Shown here: in pieces, positions 57,748 to 64,000 of the stretch
How positions within the stretch are numbered: the first letter of the stretch is position 1
Layout: each line of letters opens with the position of its first letter
Source of the DNA: Sphingomonas bacterium
Lineage (GTDB): Bacteria > Pseudomonadota > Alphaproteobacteria > Sphingomonadales > Sphingomonadaceae
Reading direction: 5' to 3'
DNA: 64,000 bases
Assembly: GCF_028289855.1 (NCBI RefSeq)
Contig: NZ_JAQGKZ010000125.1
Coordinates: 677-64,676, forward strand
Program-made: the position numbers and the translations under genes
The notes under the pieces: generated by a model
Databases searched by the model: none
What the model was told of the DNA's origin: nothing
What the model saw: only the letters and a program-made list of their open reading frames with translations

Positions 57748-59865
57748 ATGGAAACTATCGCTTCGCCAGCACCAGCCACACGCGCCGGGTTTTTCCCGCT
57801 CACCAGGCCATGGCGGATCGCGCGCAACGTCGTGATCGGCGTGGTCGCCACGCTCTTCATCGTCTGGCTGGTGCTGTACATCACCAAGGGCCGCTTCCTG
57901 AAGCACCCGTTCGAAAGCATCGCGGGCAAGATGGCTGGCCGCGAGGTCAAGGTGCGCGGCGATTTCCAGCTCTATTTCGCACCGCTCCAGATCGAATTCT
58001 ACGCCGAGGGGCTGTCGGTCGCGAACCCCGCCTGGGCGACGCGGCCGAACCTGTTCCAGGCGCAGAAGATCGACACGCGGATTTCGCCGCTCAGCCTGAT
58101 CTTCGGCAAGAAGCGCTTCTATTGGCTCGACCTGACCGGCGGCGCGGTCGATCTCGAATGGAATGCCGCGCACACCACCAACACCTGGACCTTCGCCAAG
58201 ACCGGCGGCAAGCCGTTCGAGCTGCCGCGCATCGACCGTGCGACCGTGGCAGGGACCAACCTGCGCTATCTCGATTCGCGGCTGCAACTGCTCGCCGACC
58301 TCCAGATCGATACGATCACCGCGGTCGACAAACGGATCGGGAAGGCGGTCGGGCTGCACGGCACCGGGCAGATCCGCGAGACGCCGTTTCGCGTGACCGC
58401 GCAATTGCTGTCGCCCGACGCGACGGCCAACAACGGCGAGAACAAGCTGACGCTGCGCGCCTGGGCGGCGAACAACGTGATCGATGTCGTGGGCACCTTG
58501 CCGTCGTTGGCCGACATCGAAAACGTACCGTTGCGGACGCGGGCGCAGGGGCGCAACCTGGCCGAACTGCTCGGCATCATCGGGGTCGTGCTGCCCAACA
58601 CGCGCGATTATTCGCTCCGCGCGCAATTGGTGAAGGATGGCGAGGAGTATCGCTTCACGCACATGGCGGGCCGATTCGGCAACAGCGATCTCGCCGGGCG
58701 GCTGACCGTTACCACCGGCGATCGCGTGCGGCTCGATTCGGTGCTGGCGACGCGCAGCCTCGATATCGTCGATGCTGCGCCGTTCATCGGCTACAATCCC
58801 GACATCGTCGCGTCGCGCGGCGCGATTGCCGCCGCCGCGGCGACGGGCGCCGCGCCGCAACGCATCCTGCCCGACGCGTCGCTGCCGGTGGCGGCGATGC
58901 AGAATTTCGATGCCGGGCTCAAATGGACGATCGGCGACATCAAGTCGCGCAACGTGCCGATCTCGAACGTCGACCTGACCTTGGCGCTCGACCATGGCCG
59001 GCTCGCGCTGTCGCCGCTGACCTTCGCGATGGCGCGCGGCAACGTCGCGTCGGACCTGATCTTCGACACCCGCGCGCGACCGGCGGTCGACAGCTACGAT
59101 ATCCGGCTGTCGCCGACGCCGATGGGGCGTTTGCTCGCGGGGTACGGGGTCGACGAATCGGGTACGACGGGGACGATCAGGGGCCGCATCCAGCTGAAAG
59201 GGCGCGGCGACACGATCCACGATTCGCTGGCCACATCCAGCGGGCGGATCGCGTTCATCATGCCGAGCGGCAGCTTCTGGACGCGCAACGTCCAGCTCTC
59301 CGAGCTCGACATCGGCACCTTCGTGCAAAAGATGTTCGAACATAAACTGAAGGAGCCGGTGCAGATCAATTGCGGGCTGATCGGCTTCACCGTGCGCGAC
59401 GGGATCGGCGCGGCCGACCCGATCATCATCGACACGAAAAAGAACGTGATCCTCGGGCGCGGTGGGTTCAGCTTCAAGAACGAGGGTCTCGACATGGCGT
59501 TTCGCGCCGACGGCAAGAAATTCTCGTTCTTCTCGGGCCAGTCACCGGTCGGGCTGAAAGGCTATTTCGCGAAGCCCGGGATCGACGTGATCAGCCCGCA
59601 ACTGGTCGAACGGGCGGGGGTCGGGATCGGCTTGGCGATCGTCGCCAGCCCGGTTGCGGCGGTGCTGGCGTTCGTCGATGTGGGTGACGCCAAGGGCGCG
59701 CAATGCGGCCCGATCCTGGCTGGCGCTCACGCCGCGGCGATGCGCACCAAGGGCGGCAAGCCGCGCGACGATGTCGGCAACGGTACCACCGCGAAATCGG
59801 AAAGCGGGAAGGAGCCCCCCGCCGACAAGAAGAAGCAGAAGAAGAAGTTCCTCGGCGTCTTCTGA
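57748..59865 (+). CDS. AsmA family protein
   Basis: N-terminal TM anchor followed by a long beta-rich periplasmic region. Lys-rich tail ...PPADKKKQKKKFLGVF. Confidence 0.75.
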   Translation: METIASPAPATRAGFFPLTRPWRIARNVVIGVVATLFIVWLVLYITKGRFLKHPFESIAGKMAGREVKVRGDFQLYFAPLQIEFYAEGLSVANPAWATRPNLFQAQKIDTRISPLSLIFGKKRFYWLDLTGGAVDLEWNAAHTTNTWTFAKTGGKPFELPRIDRATVAGTNLRYLDSRLQLLADLQIDTITAVDKRIGKAVGLHGTGQIRETPFRVTAQLLSPDATANNGENKLTLRAWAANNVIDVVGTLPSLADIENVPLRTRAQGRNLAELLGIIGVVLPNTRDYSLRAQLVKDGEEYRFTHMAGRFGNSDLAGRLTVTTGDRVRLDSVLATRSLDIVDAAPFIGYNPDIVASRGAIAAAAATGAAPQRILPDASLPVAAMQNFDAGLKWTIGDIKSRNVPISNVDLTLALDHGRLALSPLTFAMARGNVASDLIFDTRARPAVDSYDIRLSPTPMGRLLAGYGVDESGTTGTIRGRIQLKGRGDTIHDSLATSSGRIAFIMPSGSFWTRNVQLSELDIGTFVQKMFEHKLKEPVQINCGLIGFTVRDGIGAADPIIIDTKKNVILGRGGFSFKNEGLDMAFRADGKKFSFFSGQSPVGLKGYFAKPGIDVISPQLVERAGVGIGLAIVASPVAAVLAFVDVGDAKGAQCGPILAGAHAAAMRTKGGKPRDDVGNGTTAKSESGKEPPADKKKQKKKFLGVF

Positions 59866-59881
59866 CCGGCCGCGCCAGCCG

Positions 59882-60264
59882 TCAGCGGCAGGGGAAGCGC
59901 TTGTCCATGAAGCGATAGAACGCCGCCTTGACGCTGATCCCGCGCTGCGCCGCCGGAATGGCCTGGAACGACGCGATGATGTCGTTCGATTTCACCGGCG
60001 ACTTGTCGCGCGGCGGCGGGCAGGCGCGCGGGCGGCGTTTCGCCGCGGCATCGGCAGCAATGTCCGCGCGATAGGCATTGGCCGCGCCGACCACTTCGTT
60101 CTTCAGCAACGCAATGTCGGGCGACCCCACCGCGAAGATGCCCTTGGCCTGCAGCGCCGATGCCTTGGCGAGGAAGGTCGCGACATCCATCGCCTGCGCG
60201 GCGGCGGGAAGCGCGATCAGCGTCGCGCCGGCGAGCATGACGGCGACCCGCCCCGACGTGATCC

Positions 60265-60268
<4 letters not shown>
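59882..60268 (-). CDS. hypothetical periplasmic protein, translationally coupled to ftsH
   Basis: The GTG start overlaps the ftsH stop (GTGA). Signal peptide ...[18 protein letters not shown]. Coding-like GC3 bias. Confidence 0.6.
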
Positions 60269-62229
<1,961 letters not shown>

Positions 62230-62298
62230 GGTCGCGGATTACCTTTCGTGACGCACAAGATAAGCCGAGAAGCCTTAATGGCAATGGAACAACGATGG

Positions 62299-63270
62299 TC
62301 AGGGCGTTCGGCGCGGCGGGGCCGGCGAAAAGCGCCATTCAGGGCCGCGCGGTTCGCACAGGACATTGCCGAGCATCGTCGAGCGCTTCGAATCGAGCGT
62401 CCGCACCGCGTCGGCGACCGCGCCGCCGCGTAATTCGGCGCCGGGGTCGAACCGCGCGACGCACCGTTCGAGCAGCCGCCGCCGCAGTTCGAACGGCACA
62501 TCGTCGATGCGGAGCGTCGAACCGTCGGCTTCGTGAAGGCACAATTCGGCCTCCAGCCGGCGCACCATCCACGCGATCGCATCCTCGGCATCGCCCAGCG
62601 CGGCGGCGCTGGCGCCGACGCGGTCGACGTCGAGCCAGTCGATCCCGGCGAGCGCCTTGCGCAACCGCGCGCGATCGAACCGGTCGCTGACGTTGCTCGG
62701 GTCGTCGATCGCGGCGATGCCCTGCTCCGCGACCAAAGCGACAAGCTCGGCGTGCCGCCAGCCGAGCAACGGGCGGATGATCCGCCCGCCCCTGACGCGC
62801 ACCCCGGCCAGCCCCGCGAGCCCCGCACCGCGGTTGAGCCGCATGATCAAGGTTTCGAGCTGATCGTCGGCGTGATGCGCGGTCGCGATCAGGTCGGCGC
62901 CGATTGCGTCGGCATGTCGCTCGAGCAAGCGATAGCGCAGCGCGCGCGCGCGGGCCGACAGATTGGCGGTGCGGCCGGCGCGGTCGGGCAAGGGCGCGCG
63001 GAGGATCGCGTGGTCGATCCCGCGCGTGGCGCATAGATCGGCGATCCACGCCGCTTCATCGGCCGCTTCGGGCCGCAGCCCGTGATCGACCGTCGCCGCG
63101 TGGCAGCGATCGCCCAGCGCCGCGTGCGCCAGCAGCAACAGCGCGAGACTGTCGGGACCGCCCGACACCGCGACCAGCACGCGCGCATTGGGCTCGGCCA
63201 GCGCGGCGAGGTCGCGCGCGAACCGCGCGACCGCCGCGCGGCTCAGCTCATTTGCACTTGTAGGTGGCAC
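62299..63270 (-). CDS. tilS: tRNA lysidine(34) synthetase TilS
   Basis: PP-loop VLVAVSGGPDSLALL. The GTG start overlaps the ybgF 3' end by 23 nt. Confidence 0.88.
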   Translation of the reverse strand: MPPTSANELSRAAVARFARDLAALAEPNARVLVAVSGGPDSLALLLLAHAALGDRCHAATVDHGLRPEAADEAAWIADLCATRGIDHAILRAPLPDRAGRTANLSARARALRYRLLERHADAIGADLIATAHHADDQLETLIMRLNRGAGLAGLAGVRVRGGRIIRPLLGWRHAELVALVAEQGIAAIDDPSNVSDRFDRARLRKALAGIDWLDVDRVGASAAALGDAEDAIAWMVRRLEAELCLHEADGSTLRIDDVPFELRRRLLERCVARFDPGAELRGGAVADAVRTLDSKRSTMLGNVLCEPRGPEWRFSPAPPRRTP

Positions 63271-64000
63271 GGCCCTTATCGGCGTCGGCGCGCTGCGCGG
63301 GGGTCAGCTTGTCGCCATAGACGTCGCCGAGTTCCTTATAGACCTGGCAGACATCGGCCGCCGGGCGCTTGAGCGCGGTCAGCGCCCTAGCCAGGTTGAG
63401 CAGGCTGTCGGACGCGCGGTCGCCGTCGGGAAGTTTCGAATAATTGGTGTAGAAAATCTCCGCCGCTTCCTTGGGCTTGCCATCGTCGAGATAGACCAGC
63501 CCGAGCACGTTCTGCGCGCGGCTGACCAGGCGGTGCTTGGGAAAGCGCGTGGCATATTTGTCGAACTGCGCCTCGGCCTCGGGATACAGCCCGGCCTTCC
63601 ACAGCCGATAACCGTAATTATAGGCATAGGTGCCCTTGTCGGGGGCATCGGCGCCGGTCGGCTTGGGGACGGCGGCGAGGCGATCGGCGCGGCCCGGATC
63701 GGCGGCGGCCGCCGGCTTGGGCGTCGTCGCCGCGGGCCTCGCCGGCCTAACCGGCGCTGGTCCGTCGGAGAGCGCCGCCGGGGCATCGGCGGTTGCGCGG
63801 CCATCTTCCAACGCGCGCAGCCGGGCATCGGTTGCCTTCTTGTACGCGGCGAAATCCATGTCGAGTTGCTGCAGCCGGTGCTCGGCGGTCTCGACTCGGT
63901 TGGTGAGGCCGCTGACTTCACCCTCGACGCTCGCGACGCGCGCCTGCAAGTCGGTGAGCGGGGCGGTCGCGGGTGTGCCGGCCGCCGCCACCGATCCGTC
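63248..64000 (-). CDS. cpoB: Tol-Pal system protein YbgF/CpoB (5' end lies outside the window)
   Basis: N-terminal coiled-coil region (LQARVASVEGEVSGLTNRVE..). C-terminal TPR region (YNYGYRLWKAGLYPEAEAQFDKY...). The frame is open to the window edge and no signal peptide is seen. Confidence 0.85.
   Translation of the reverse strand, partial: DGSVAAAGTPATAPLTDLQARVASVEGEVSGLTNRVETAEHRLQQLDMDFAAYKKATDARLRALEDGRATADAPAALSDGPAPVRPARPAATTPKPAAAADPGRADRLAAVPKPTGADAPDKGTYAYNYGYRLWKAGLYPEAEAQFDKYATRFPKHRLVSRAQNVLGLVYLDDGKPKEAAEIFYTNYSKLPDGDRASDSLLNLARALTALKRPAADVCQVYKELGDVYGDKLTPAQRADADKGRATYKCK

Overview
This is a high-GC chromosomal segment (about 65-70% by eye). Gene content and synteny look alphaproteobacterial, probably Sphingomonadales, but that assignment is an inference and was not searched. 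I support about 62 protein-coding genes, almost all core housekeeping: argG, divK, rpmG, lptC-lptA-lptB-rpoN, rpmF-plsX-fabH-ihfA, prfC, rpmI-rplT-pheS-pheT, ftsH, tilS, cpoB, kup and msrA. I found no rRNA, tRNA, CRISPR array, transposase, integrase or prophage. All four genes of the ligase-associated DNA damage response set are present (ATP-dependent ligase, Lhr-type DEXH helicase, MBL exonuclease, PdeM), but they sit at three separate loci. The least explained region is 549-6757. It starts with a lower-GC, Cys-rich secreted ORF, followed on the same strand by three tightly packed polytopic membrane proteins, two of which are clear tandem paralogs. I read this as a candidate uncharacterised envelope-modification module. 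Other items worth a second look: two tandem secreted proteins that each carry two retropepsin-type DTG sites; a double cold-shock-domain protein with a long Gly/Arg-rich N-terminal tract; a SigK/RskA-like pair next to a fasciclin gene; and three families of structured intergenic repeats, two of which show compensatory arm changes between copies. Many long ORFs in the track are Arg/Pro/Ala-rich shadows antisense or out of frame to real genes, and I rejected them. All functional calls rest on motif recognition in the translations. No database search was possible, and several start codons are uncertain.
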